DNA from: Bacteroidota bacterium
GTDB taxonomy: Bacteria > Bacteroidota > Bacteroidia > Bacteroidales > FEN-979
Assembly: GCA_026391795.1 (NCBI GenBank)
Contig: JAPLDI010000007.1
Location: forward strand, 96,940-160,939
Direction: 5' to 3'
Length of the DNA: 64,000 nt
How positions within the stretch are numbered: position 1 is the stretch's first letter; each line of letters opens with the position of its first letter. This document shows positions 18,223-27,264 of this stretch, one piece after another. Position numbers and translations under genes: made by a program. The notes beneath the pieces were generated by a model. That model had not been told where the DNA came from. It saw only the letters and a list, made by a program, of their open reading frames with translations, and searched no databases.

Positions 18223-19851
18223 ATGAGAAGATTCGTTTTATGCACCCTGGTTTTTCTATTGACTGCCAGTATCCTTCGGTCACAAACGGAAACCCATTCT
18301 GTGCCGCCGCCTTCGGTGAATGATTTTACAGGGATCCAGTCATTTCTCTCATCCGACTGGATGGAAGGGCGCGAAGCCGATACCCGCGGTGGGTTCATGG
18401 CAGCTGATTTCATTGCCTCCCTGATGCAGCTCAACGGACTGCTGCCATACGGTGATACCGGTAATATCAAAGAGCACCGAACAAACCAACCCTTCAACCG
18501 TTCCTATTTCCAGGATTTTGAACTGATCCGTTACCGGGTTGAGAAATCTTCTCTTGCCCTTATCAAGGCGTCGCCGGAAGGAGAATCGGTTCTTCAATTC
18601 GTTCCCGGCGTCGATTTTGAGACCAGCCCGGTTCCCTTCAGCTTAAAGGAAGAGGCATCACTGGTATTTGCCGGTTACGGTATTGAAGCCCCGGGGAAAG
18701 GTTATGATGATTACCGTGGCATTGATGTCAGGGACCGTATCGTCCTTATTGCAGCAGGATTCCCCGGCCATTCTGATACAACTTCCGCTGCCTGGAAAAA
18801 ACTGGGCAAGTCCTTCGGCAGAGAATTCTCAAAATTATCCGTTAAACTCCGGGTAGCTGAAAAACACGGAGCTAAAGCAGTGATCCTCATTGGTCCGGAA
18901 GGAGGGACAGAACCCTTCCTCCCTGCAATCCATAACCGGGATCTTATAAACAGTGCAATGAACTCAGCCAAACCAGAGCCTGATTACGAGGATGCCGAAT
19001 ATTACCTGCCCGGAGATACAGGCATGGTGTACATTCCCTGTTTCAGCCTGAGTACCGGTGTTGCCCGTCTCCTGCTGATGGGGACGGCGATTGACCTGCC
19101 CGGCTTTGAAAGAAAGGCAGCCGGTGACTTGCTGTCATCGTCGATGGCTGTCAGCGGGAAAAAACTCAGGTTATCGGTCGAGGTTGCACGGGACGCGGTG
19201 GGGGTCCGGAATGTCCTCGGAATAATTCCCGGCCACGATACCGGGAAGAACATTCTTATCGGGTCGCATTTTGATCACCTGGGGGTCAGAAAAGGAGTGA
19301 TCTACAACGGGGCCGATGACAATGCATCAGGGGTTTCCGGAATGCTGGCATTGGCAAAAAACTGGGCGGGCCATCCTGAAAAACCGTCGTGCAACATTAT
19401 TTTTGCAGCCTGGACCGCCGAAGAAAAAGGGCTTTTAGGCAGCGACTGGTTTGTACGGCATTCGGGGATCCTTTCCGGCAGTTTGTCGGTTGTCATTAAT
19501 ATGGATATGATTTCAAGAAGCGCCCCTGAAGATACGCTTGGCCGACAACTCAGCATTGGAACGCTGCCCATGAATGAGGACCTGAAGACCTTGGCTAAAA
19601 AAATCAATTCACACCTGAAACATCCCTTTGTCCTTGATCTCTGGGATGTGACAGGACACACGGGAAGCGATTACGCTCATTTTGCAGAAAGGAAGATTCC
19701 GGTAATGACTTTTTTCTCGGGATTTCATGATGACTACCATACCCCCCGCGATATCTGGTCAAAAACAGATCCCGTGAAGATGGAGGAGATCCTGAAGATC
19801 GTCAATGAATGCATCCTGGAAACGTCAGAGAACCCTCCGGCCAGAAAATGA
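18223..19851 (+). CDS. Exported M28 family aminopeptidase with PA domain
   Basis: SHFDH, NGADDNASG, AEEKGLLGS, NMDMI, SDY..F, YHTP.D; PA insert VFAGYGI...DDY; signal peptide. Confidence 0.92.
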   Translation: MRRFVLCTLVFLLTASILRSQTETHSVPPPSVNDFTGIQSFLSSDWMEGREADTRGGFMAADFIASLMQLNGLLPYGDTGNIKEHRTNQPFNRSYFQDFELIRYRVEKSSLALIKASPEGESVLQFVPGVDFETSPVPFSLKEEASLVFAGYGIEAPGKGYDDYRGIDVRDRIVLIAAGFPGHSDTTSAAWKKLGKSFGREFSKLSVKLRVAEKHGAKAVILIGPEGGTEPFLPAIHNRDLINSAMNSAKPEPDYEDAEYYLPGDTGMVYIPCFSLSTGVARLLLMGTAIDLPGFERKAAGDLLSSSMAVSGKKLRLSVEVARDAVGVRNVLGIIPGHDTGKNILIGSHFDHLGVRKGVIYNGADDNASGVSGMLALAKNWAGHPEKPSCNIIFAAWTAEEKGLLGSDWFVRHSGILSGSLSVVINMDMISRSAPEDTLGRQLSIGTLPMNEDLKTLAKKINSHLKHPFVLDLWDVTGHTGSDYAHFAERKIPVMTFFSGFHDDYHTPRDIWSKTDPVKMEEILKIVNECILETSENPPARK

Positions 19852-19853
19852 TA

Positions 19854-20966
19854 TCAATCTGCTTTTTGGGCAACACTTCTCACCGTTACGTCATCCAGTG
19901 CCCTCATGTTGACCTCCACACCGATTCCGGGTTTGTCAGGAACGTCCATGGTACCGTCGGGGTTAACCACAAATTCAGGTATCACGATATCTTCCTTATA
20001 ATATCTTTTGCTTGCCGAAATATCACCCGGCAGGGTGAAATTTGAAAGAGAAGCCAGTGCCACATTGCCTGCCCTGCCAATTCCGGATTCAAGCATACCC
20101 CCACACCACACCGGAATGTTCATGCCGGCGCAATAATCATGAATCAGCCTGGATTCGGTGAACCCTCCTACCCGTCCGGGTTTAATGTTGATCACCCTGC
20201 AACTGTCCAGTTCGATAGCGGCCCGGGTGTCGTCAAGTGAGTGGATGCTTTCGTCGAGGCAGATGGGTGTTTTAAGCTCACGCTGGAGTTTAGAATGATC
20301 AAAGATGTCTTCATATCCGAGGGGCTGTTCAATCAGCAGCAGCCCGTAATCATCCATTTTTTTAAAAATACTGATATCCTCCAGCCTGTATGCTGAATTG
20401 GCATCCACCTGAAGCAACATTCCGGGAAACTGCTTTCGCAGCGCCTCAACGAATTGCAGGTCATTACCCGGGGCGATCTTGATCTTGATCCGTTTGTAGC
20501 CTTCTGCAAGATAACCCTCAACCTTTGTAATGAGTCCGCCTACCGAATCCTGAATGCCGATGCTTACACCGACATCAATCTTTTTACGGGTCCCTCCCAG
20601 CATCCGGGATAAGGAAATGCCTTTTGTTTTCGCGAAGGCATCCCATAAAGCGGCTTCAAGACCTGCTTTTGCCATCATGTGTCCCCGGACCTTGGCATAC
20701 ATGGCAATGGCTTCATCAACACTCTGAAGATCTTTGCCCAGCAAGGAGGGAATTAAAAAATCTGTAAGGATGTGCCAGGCGGTCGGGACCGTCTCGTAGG
20801 AATAAAAGGGAGTCCCTTCAGCCACACTTTCACCCCATCCGGTTACCCCTTCTGCATTAACCTTTACAATGATATGCTCTTCATCATATTCGGTACCCAT
20901 CGACGTTACGAACGGGCTTACCAGAACCAGCTTGACATGCCGCAGTTCAATTCGTTCAATACGCAT
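19854..20966 (-). CDS. menC: o-succinylbenzoate synthase / N-succinylamino acid racemase (enolase superfamily, NSAR/OSBS subfamily)
   Basis: KIKI, DAN, EQP, DES, NIK and GGMLE..GDISAS motifs of the NSAR/OSBS subfamily. Confidence 0.8.
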   Translation of the reverse strand: MRIERIELRHVKLVLVSPFVTSMGTEYDEEHIIVKVNAEGVTGWGESVAEGTPFYSYETVPTAWHILTDFLIPSLLGKDLQSVDEAIAMYAKVRGHMMAKAGLEAALWDAFAKTKGISLSRMLGGTRKKIDVGVSIGIQDSVGGLITKVEGYLAEGYKRIKIKIAPGNDLQFVEALRKQFPGMLLQVDANSAYRLEDISIFKKMDDYGLLLIEQPLGYEDIFDHSKLQRELKTPICLDESIHSLDDTRAAIELDSCRVINIKPGRVGGFTESRLIHDYCAGMNIPVWCGGMLESGIGRAGNVALASLSNFTLPGDISASKRYYKEDIVIPEFVVNPDGTMDVPDKPGIGVEVNMRALDDVTVRSVAQKAD

Positions 20967-21006
20967 ACTGTTTTTTTTAATGGTTTATACCATGGATTAT
21001 TGATTC

Positions 21007-22527
21007 TTATTTCTCAACACGTAAAACAGGAAATGGACTTCCCTTCTTTAAAAGACCGGCATACCTGTGATAGGTCTCCAGTCCAAGCATCGACTTCGGC
21101 TCCAGGGCAAGCACCACAAGGATGCCTTTCAGCTGGGCTGTCGGGATAAAAATAAATCCGTGATCCGGGGGAAGTTCCTTCAGGATGTCTGATGCAAGCT
21201 GAGGATCTGCAACCCGATCCCCTTCAAAATCCGCGGAGTCGACTGAGGTTATTCTGTATTGCACAAAATGCTCACCCGGATATTTTTTCAGGGGGATCTG
21301 TTCAAGCGAAAGTCTCTCTGCCCACTCCACCAGATCTTTATTATCTTTTGGGATCAGGTATCCTGATGGCTTCCTTACATCATAAATTGATTTCACCACA
21401 GGGCGGTAATCTTTTACAGTGACCAGGGTGTCGTTGTGTGAATAATAGGAATAGAGCGGGATCGTCAGGAATTGCCCGTTGGCAATGTGTTGTGATTGAA
21501 CCGATATCTTCTGCCCGGGATCAGCGGATAGCAGCTTTTTTCGTTCCCCGGAGATGAGGGTCCTGATCTTTCCCTTATTCGAATAAGTGTACTCGAGCAG
21601 CCCCCGCATGCCGGCCATCTGTCCTTCGGCCCTGTGCTGAAGGTTATCAATGGAATCATCCTTGCCGTTCATGCCTTCCTGGATAAAGGAAAAAGTGCCC
21701 TGAATCCCGAAACTCTGTCGTCCGTCATTGATATCGAAGGTACTGTGCCTGATATAATCGATTTCGGGCGGACCACCCGGACTATAGGTGAATGATGAAA
21801 AATTCCTGGCATGAAGATAGCTGAAAATAAAGGGAAGATAATCGTCATCTGATAATTTCCGGATGCTTTCTGCAACGTTCAGATTGGTCGTCGTGCCTAT
21901 GTTAAGATCTGTGTTTTTCCGGTATCCGTATTTTTTCCACTCCTCACCGAATGGTGAATATTCATGAACATCCATGGTCACTTCGAAGAGGTACCTGTCA
22001 AAAAGCTGGTGCAGTGCGATTGTTTCAGGTTCGGTAAGGATCAGGTGGTTTCGGTTAAGATCCATCCCATTCGCGTTACGCCTCTGGTTGACCTCTGACC
22101 CATCCGGATTTACCTGGGGGATCAACGCCAGGTCGATTTTATTAAAAAGATAGCGGTTTACCGGTCTCAGCAGTTCCAGCGCAAGCAGCAACGCCCCCTC
22201 CTTTCCCGATTGTTCATTCCCATGCTGCTGGGCAAAGATGAGGACTTTAATTTTCGTGGTATCCTTACCAAATCCTGACAAGGAAAATTTCATTGCATAA
22301 AGGTTCCTTCCCTGCACTGAATGCCCGATGATTTCTGTTTTCATCAATCCCGACTTCCTGCCAAGAAGCTCAACATAGGAAGAGAGTTCAGGATATGAGG
22401 TCAGCTTACTGTACTTGTTGATGACCAAAGGAGGTGAAGGGGTCTGGGCAATAACCACGACGGAAACCAGATGAAAAATTGTCAGCAGTATGGCTGCCTG
22501 TTTCATGGAACGGAAGATTGAGTTCAT
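21007..22527 (-). CDS. Exported M14 family zinc carboxypeptidase
   Basis: HGNE (HxxE), NPDG...RRNANG.DLNRN, DVHE; signal peptide. Confidence 0.9.
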   Translation of the reverse strand: MNSIFRSMKQAAILLTIFHLVSVVVIAQTPSPPLVINKYSKLTSYPELSSYVELLGRKSGLMKTEIIGHSVQGRNLYAMKFSLSGFGKDTTKIKVLIFAQQHGNEQSGKEGALLLALELLRPVNRYLFNKIDLALIPQVNPDGSEVNQRRNANGMDLNRNHLILTEPETIALHQLFDRYLFEVTMDVHEYSPFGEEWKKYGYRKNTDLNIGTTTNLNVAESIRKLSDDDYLPFIFSYLHARNFSSFTYSPGGPPEIDYIRHSTFDINDGRQSFGIQGTFSFIQEGMNGKDDSIDNLQHRAEGQMAGMRGLLEYTYSNKGKIRTLISGERKKLLSADPGQKISVQSQHIANGQFLTIPLYSYYSHNDTLVTVKDYRPVVKSIYDVRKPSGYLIPKDNKDLVEWAERLSLEQIPLKKYPGEHFVQYRITSVDSADFEGDRVADPQLASDILKELPPDHGFIFIPTAQLKGILVVLALEPKSMLGLETYHRYAGLLKKGSPFPVLRVEK

Positions 22528-22796
22528 GGTAAAGCGAAAATAGGAAAAAATATCACAGGTCTCACTTCACCTTCACAAATTCTGGTTGAAAACGATCTGA
22601 AGGAATCTCTGCAGATCAGACCGGGTAATCACGTGTACGAATTCTGGGAGTTGAAGAAAAGCATTATTCTTAACTACCTATTGTATCCATTATAGATTCT
22701 GTTTAACTTTGCTCACCTGTGATGCAGGAGGATATAATGACATTTACATCCGCTTTCTAAATCCAAATTCATAAAAATCAATTCAAAATCAATTCT

Positions 22797-23252
22797 ATGA
22801 ATTCAGCTCAGTTCCATCTCTTATTTACACATTTGCCGATCGTCGGTCTGGGATTAGCAATCCTTGTCAATCTTTTTGCCCTCATCCGAAAAAGTGAGGA
22901 ACTTCAGAAATTTTCTCTCTGGTGTTACCTGGTTCTGGGTATCTTCGGACTCCTTGCTTACATCACCGGCGATGGTGCAGGAGAGATCATGAAAACCTAC
23001 CCGGGGATCACGGACGATGTCATTGAACCTCACGAAAACATGGCGCTTTTTTTCTTTATCGGGCTGATGATCACCTCCGCATTTTCCATCCTGGCCCTTT
23101 ATCTGGTCAAGACCCGGGTTCATTTGCTGAAACGGTTCAACCTCTACCTTCTCATTGCCGCACTTCTGATCAGTATCCTGGCGGTGATGACAGGATCTAC
23201 GGGGGGGGCGATCCGCCACACGGAGATCAGGCAGGGGATGTATAAAAAATAA
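22797..23252 (+). CDS. Small 4-TM membrane protein, DUF2231-like (conserved His, possible heme ligands)
   Basis: H..THLPI, EPHE and GG.IRH.EIR motifs with hydrophobic helices. Confidence 0.6.
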   Translation: MNSAQFHLLFTHLPIVGLGLAILVNLFALIRKSEELQKFSLWCYLVLGIFGLLAYITGDGAGEIMKTYPGITDDVIEPHENMALFFFIGLMITSAFSILALYLVKTRVHLLKRFNLYLLIAALLISILAVMTGSTGGAIRHTEIRQGMYKK

Positions 23253-23339
23253 ATTGACCCTGATTTGTAATTGTCATCCGGTGAGTTTTCTTAACTTTAT
23301 AACCAGATATACTTTATCACTCACAAAAACTGCACTTTT

Positions 23340-23723
23340 ATGAAAAGGACACTTGCCTTCATGATCATTCTTTCCATCGCATTTGCGGCCTTCACCGGGT
23401 GCAAAAAAAAGAGCTCTGAGATCACCTGCAATCTCGCCACTGCCGTCAACACGCCACCGGTTGATATGCAGGTAGTATATTCAGCAGCCCAGTCGGGGGA
23501 TGGTGTCATGGTATCGTTAACCTATCAGACCATCACAGGACCCGTCACTGTTGCAAATCCCAAACTGCCATGGAGTGACACTGTCTCAGTGCTTACCAGC
23601 ACCAATGTGAAGATGACAGCATCCGGTACGGTCAAGAATGGCAGCCTGATCATAGCCTATAAAGGCAGCAGCGGAGGTTCGCAGATCCTGGGCAGCGATT
23701 ACTGCGAGCAATCGTCGGATTAG
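23340..23723 (+). CDS. Hypothetical lipoprotein
   Basis: Lipobox FTGC-KKK, small beta-rich domain. Confidence 0.7.
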   Translation: MKRTLAFMIILSIAFAAFTGCKKKSSEITCNLATAVNTPPVDMQVVYSAAQSGDGVMVSLTYQTITGPVTVANPKLPWSDTVSVLTSTNVKMTASGTVKNGSLIIAYKGSSGGSQILGSDYCEQSSD

Positions 23724-23761
23724 GCGCACGATACAGGCGTACACCGCACTTAAGAAAAGAA

Positions 23762-24208
23762 TTATTTAGTATCTGACTTGGGCTTGTCGACCGTGCACTG
23801 GATCCCGGCTTTCCTGCATACGCTTAAGATGGCATCTACCGCATAATCGGTTGATTGTTTCTCTGCATCGTCAACATGGGCGGCAGAAACTGTAATCTGC
23901 GAAAAACCGTCGGACAGAGAATCCACTTTTAAAGTCACATCCGCTTTTCCCTTTGTGAATTCCACCTGGCGTTGTGCATTGTCGATACGGCTGATCCCGA
24001 ATTTCTTGTTATGCGTCAATGTATCCACAACGGCTTTATAGACACGGTACGTTTTGGCATCGATGAGTACCGTTGCGACATCGGCATGGGTAGAATGCAT
24101 CGACTTGATCTTCCTGGCAATCGTAACGAATTGAGCATGTACCGGCACCAAAGCAAGGAGAAGGAATCCGGTCAGGAGAAAGAGTGAATACTTTTTAGTG
24201 GTTTTCAT
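23762..24208 (-). CDS. Hypothetical exported protein
   Basis: Signal peptide ending VHA-Q, compact alpha/beta domain. Confidence 0.65.
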   Translation of the reverse strand: MKTTKKYSLFLLTGFLLLALVPVHAQFVTIARKIKSMHSTHADVATVLIDAKTYRVYKAVVDTLTHNKKFGISRIDNAQRQVEFTKGKADVTLKVDSLSDGFSQITVSAAHVDDAEKQSTDYAVDAILSVCRKAGIQCTVDKPKSDTK

Positions 24209-24430
24209 GACAGTTCTTTTTTTAATCCCATTAGCAGGAACGTTCCCGGCAAATATATCAAGATTATAGCTTAAAAAACCTGCCCGGTTTTTATAAAAGC
24301 ATGGAGATTCATTTTATCATTTTTTGATTTGAATATAATACATATTCAATTCTTCCTTATTATTTTTGATGCTTTCTCAACGTGCATGTCTTAAAATCTG
24401 ACACCGTAAAATGAAATAATCCTATCCTCC

Positions 24431-25243
24431 ATGGCAACAAAGATTTCTTTACCCCGATCGGTACAGGGTGTGTTTCTCAAACAGGTTACTGATGAATTTG
24501 TAAGGCAGCCGCTGCAAAAGGAAGAAATCCTGAGGCTGAGTGATATTGAGCATCTCCCAAAAAATGTTCAGGCATACATTATAGGGACCGGTGCCATCGG
24601 GAAGCCGAGGGTTCAGAACCTCTGGCTTGAATTCGATGCGAAGATGTTCAGAAAACCGGGTGACCGGCCGATGGTATGCGATGTGGTTCAATACAGCTTC
24701 TTTGGTACCTACACCAGGATCTTCTTTCTCAAGGCAAAAATATTCGGAATCCCTGCCCGGGTGCTGCATTCCTACATCAACTGCAACGCAACGATGTGGG
24801 TTCGCATCGCTTCCCTTTTCAACATGGTTCATATTACCGGTCCGAAACTTACGGCAACGGAGACTGTGACCGTGCTGAACGACCTTTGTGCCTTCGCGCC
24901 TTCAGCCCTGGTCGACAAGCGGCTGAGCTGGAAAGAAATTGATTCCCAGAAGACAGAGGTCACGCTGCATAACGATCCTTACAAGGTGAAGGCTTTGCTG
25001 TATTTCAACAAGCAGGGTGAGCTGATCAATTTTGAATCGGATGACCGGCCGGATGTCGCCGGAAAACCAGGGCGGCAGGATTTCAAGTGGTCGACTCCTC
25101 TTCGGAATTATAAAGAGACCGGTATTCTGAAACTGAACAGCGAAGGTGAGGCAATCTACCATTATCCGGAAGGGAATTTTTCCTACGGAACATTTACACT
25201 CCGAACGATAGAATATAATCTGAGCGGACCCAAAGAGAGGTAA
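24431..25243 (+). CDS. DUF6544-like protein
   Basis: HLP.NVQ.YI, ETVT.LNDLC..APSAL, YFN..GELINF.SDDR and WSTP...Y motifs. Confidence 0.7.
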   Translation: MATKISLPRSVQGVFLKQVTDEFVRQPLQKEEILRLSDIEHLPKNVQAYIIGTGAIGKPRVQNLWLEFDAKMFRKPGDRPMVCDVVQYSFFGTYTRIFFLKAKIFGIPARVLHSYINCNATMWVRIASLFNMVHITGPKLTATETVTVLNDLCAFAPSALVDKRLSWKEIDSQKTEVTLHNDPYKVKALLYFNKQGELINFESDDRPDVAGKPGRQDFKWSTPLRNYKETGILKLNSEGEAIYHYPEGNFSYGTFTLRTIEYNLSGPKER

Positions 25244-25296
25244 AACCGTTTTTAGTCGGTTTCTGCGAAAGCGTGAATTGCTTACCGAAGAGCATG

Positions 25297-27201
25297 TCAG
25301 GATTTTCTCTTAGCATAGTAAAACCTCCAGTCGAACCCCAGCCGGATGCCGAGTGACCAGATCGGTTTCAATTTTACGGGTTCAATATCTGCAGGGTCAA
25401 TCATGGTTATTTTTCCGGGAATGTCGACACCAACGCTGAGCTGCAGAAGAAAACTTGCACTCTGTCGTTTTGAGAAGGTTCTGACCGGCCGGTATTCCAG
25501 AAAAGGAAAATCAAGCTGGGTTGAGCGCATTGAAATCAGCGACCATAAACCGGAACTTCCCCGGTCATCGGGAACCAGGAAAGCATCGGGTCCCTGTAAA
25601 CTTCCGTAGAAACATACTCCTACCTCCCTGCCGAGGATAAACTGGAATCTCCCGATCGGAGTGATGAGTCCGGATTGCCATGGAATAACCCCTCCCTGGC
25701 CAGCCGTTGCGACCATTTTATTAAACGTTTTGGGAGCGGCAAAATAGAGGATCGGTCCCACGATGAGAATGTCGCCGGGAATCAGGTAGAAGGGAAGCCG
25801 GAGCCGGCCGTAGAAAGCTTGCCGGGATGGAACCGCCGAAAGGATGGAACCGAAATATTTGTAATCCTTTTCGTGCATGATCTTTATGCTTGAAGGCCCG
25901 TCGAGCCGCCAGCCCAGGTCGAGAAAGACGAGCCCGTCGCCCGATTCGTTCAGTACGCCGTCCATGCCGAGGCCGATGTGAAGTGCCACTTCGAGACCCG
26001 GCAGAACGCCGGCGGTTTGCTGATCGGGACTGAATCCCCCGGCCATGACGGATATCCTTGCTGCAGGTGCGATCCCGATAAAGGGACCTAACTCGGAACG
26101 GAACCGGGGAAATTCACCCAATCCGGTTGCAAGTCCGGGCACAGGGGTGGTGACAAGGATAGCGTCAAACATATCCTCCAAAAAAGGATCAACCGTACGG
26201 GGCGGCATGACATTCGCCCGGGCGATGTTAAAAGTATCGGGGGAGACCATCCCGGGCTGGTCATTGATTAAAAACGGACCTGTCTTCCCGGCTGCTGCAT
26301 CCAGGAGCTGTATAAGGCTAAGCAGAACTGTCAGGGATGCCTTGTCGGCATCCTGCGGACGCATATAGGCATCGCCCGTCAGCACAAGCCGGTCGCCCTG
26401 CCATGTGGTTACTTCGAGTCCATTTTCGTCATAATAATCGTGTGTGCCTTTGCGCAGGGCTGCGTTTCCCCAGGTTCCTGCAACGTGTCCTGCAGCAAAG
26501 CCGTCTTCAAGGAAATGCAGGCCGAAGGCTTCATCGGCAAGGAGAGAAAGGGCAAGAGAGGAACGCTGTTCAGGTGTCAGCGTTTCGGTTGCCAGTCTCC
26601 CGGCTTTTAACATCGCGCTCGTATGGTACCACATATAGGTCCCGATGAGGTTCAGGGCACTGCCCTCACGGAAACAAGTATCAAAATAGTCGACCGCAGA
26701 GGTATTCACGTCAGGCCTGGCAAGCATGAAGTGTACATTGTTCGATCCGGCGCGGGATACATACTCAGGGTCAACCTTAAGCAGCCGAAGATCTGAATTC
26801 CTCAACTCCCCTTCCCTCTCGCTCCGGGTCGTTGATTCTGCAATCCCTGTCTTGAGGCGGGCCGCAACATCGGCGACCTGAAGGATCCAGTTGGTTTGAA
26901 GGATATTGTACACCATGTTTCCGGCCGAAGTAGAGTGATCTCCCCCGATGGCAGGCCAGGCAGCGTAATCAATGAAGGCCGGTTTTTCACCTTGTGCCAC
27001 ATCCGCGACCGACTCATCCAGCCGGTTCTCGAATCCCTTTCTTGCCATGGCCCAGATCCGGTCAAGCTGCGCCCTGTGTGCAGAATCCAGTTTCTGAATG
27101 GCCAGCAGCATGATGTCCCTGTGCTCGGGATAAACCCAGGCTCTACAAGGATTCGAAACAGTGAAGATCATCAGGATGATCAGCAGTGTCTTTTTAAACA
27201 T
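25297..27201 (-). CDS. Secreted S1/P1-nuclease/phospholipase C-like Zn enzyme fused to an unknown membrane-like C-terminal domain
   Basis: Predicted mature N-terminus WVYPEH, GDH, HF, HFLEDGFAAGH and HDYYD reproduce P1 nuclease zinc-ligand spacing. Confidence 0.65.
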   Translation of the reverse strand: MFKKTLLIILMIFTVSNPCRAWVYPEHRDIMLLAIQKLDSAHRAQLDRIWAMARKGFENRLDESVADVAQGEKPAFIDYAAWPAIGGDHSTSAGNMVYNILQTNWILQVADVAARLKTGIAESTTRSEREGELRNSDLRLLKVDPEYVSRAGSNNVHFMLARPDVNTSAVDYFDTCFREGSALNLIGTYMWYHTSAMLKAGRLATETLTPEQRSSLALSLLADEAFGLHFLEDGFAAGHVAGTWGNAALRKGTHDYYDENGLEVTTWQGDRLVLTGDAYMRPQDADKASLTVLLSLIQLLDAAAGKTGPFLINDQPGMVSPDTFNIARANVMPPRTVDPFLEDMFDAILVTTPVPGLATGLGEFPRFRSELGPFIGIAPAARISVMAGGFSPDQQTAGVLPGLEVALHIGLGMDGVLNESGDGLVFLDLGWRLDGPSSIKIMHEKDYKYFGSILSAVPSRQAFYGRLRLPFYLIPGDILIVGPILYFAAPKTFNKMVATAGQGGVIPWQSGLITPIGRFQFILGREVGVCFYGSLQGPDAFLVPDDRGSSGLWSLISMRSTQLDFPFLEYRPVRTFSKRQSASFLLQLSVGVDIPGKITMIDPADIEPVKLKPIWSLGIRLGFDWRFYYAKRKS

Positions 27202-27264
27202 AGGCTACCTGTTCCGGATACTTTATATTCATATCGTGTCTTAACATTGAGCAAGCCTGCGTGG

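Noticed and set aside
19854-20966. Menaquinone biosynthesis operon
   Set aside because: No other men genes are adjacent; menC is used only as a family label
23721-23750. Possible heptamer repeat AGGCGCA/CGATACA/GGCGTAC
   Set aside because: Too degenerate and short to support
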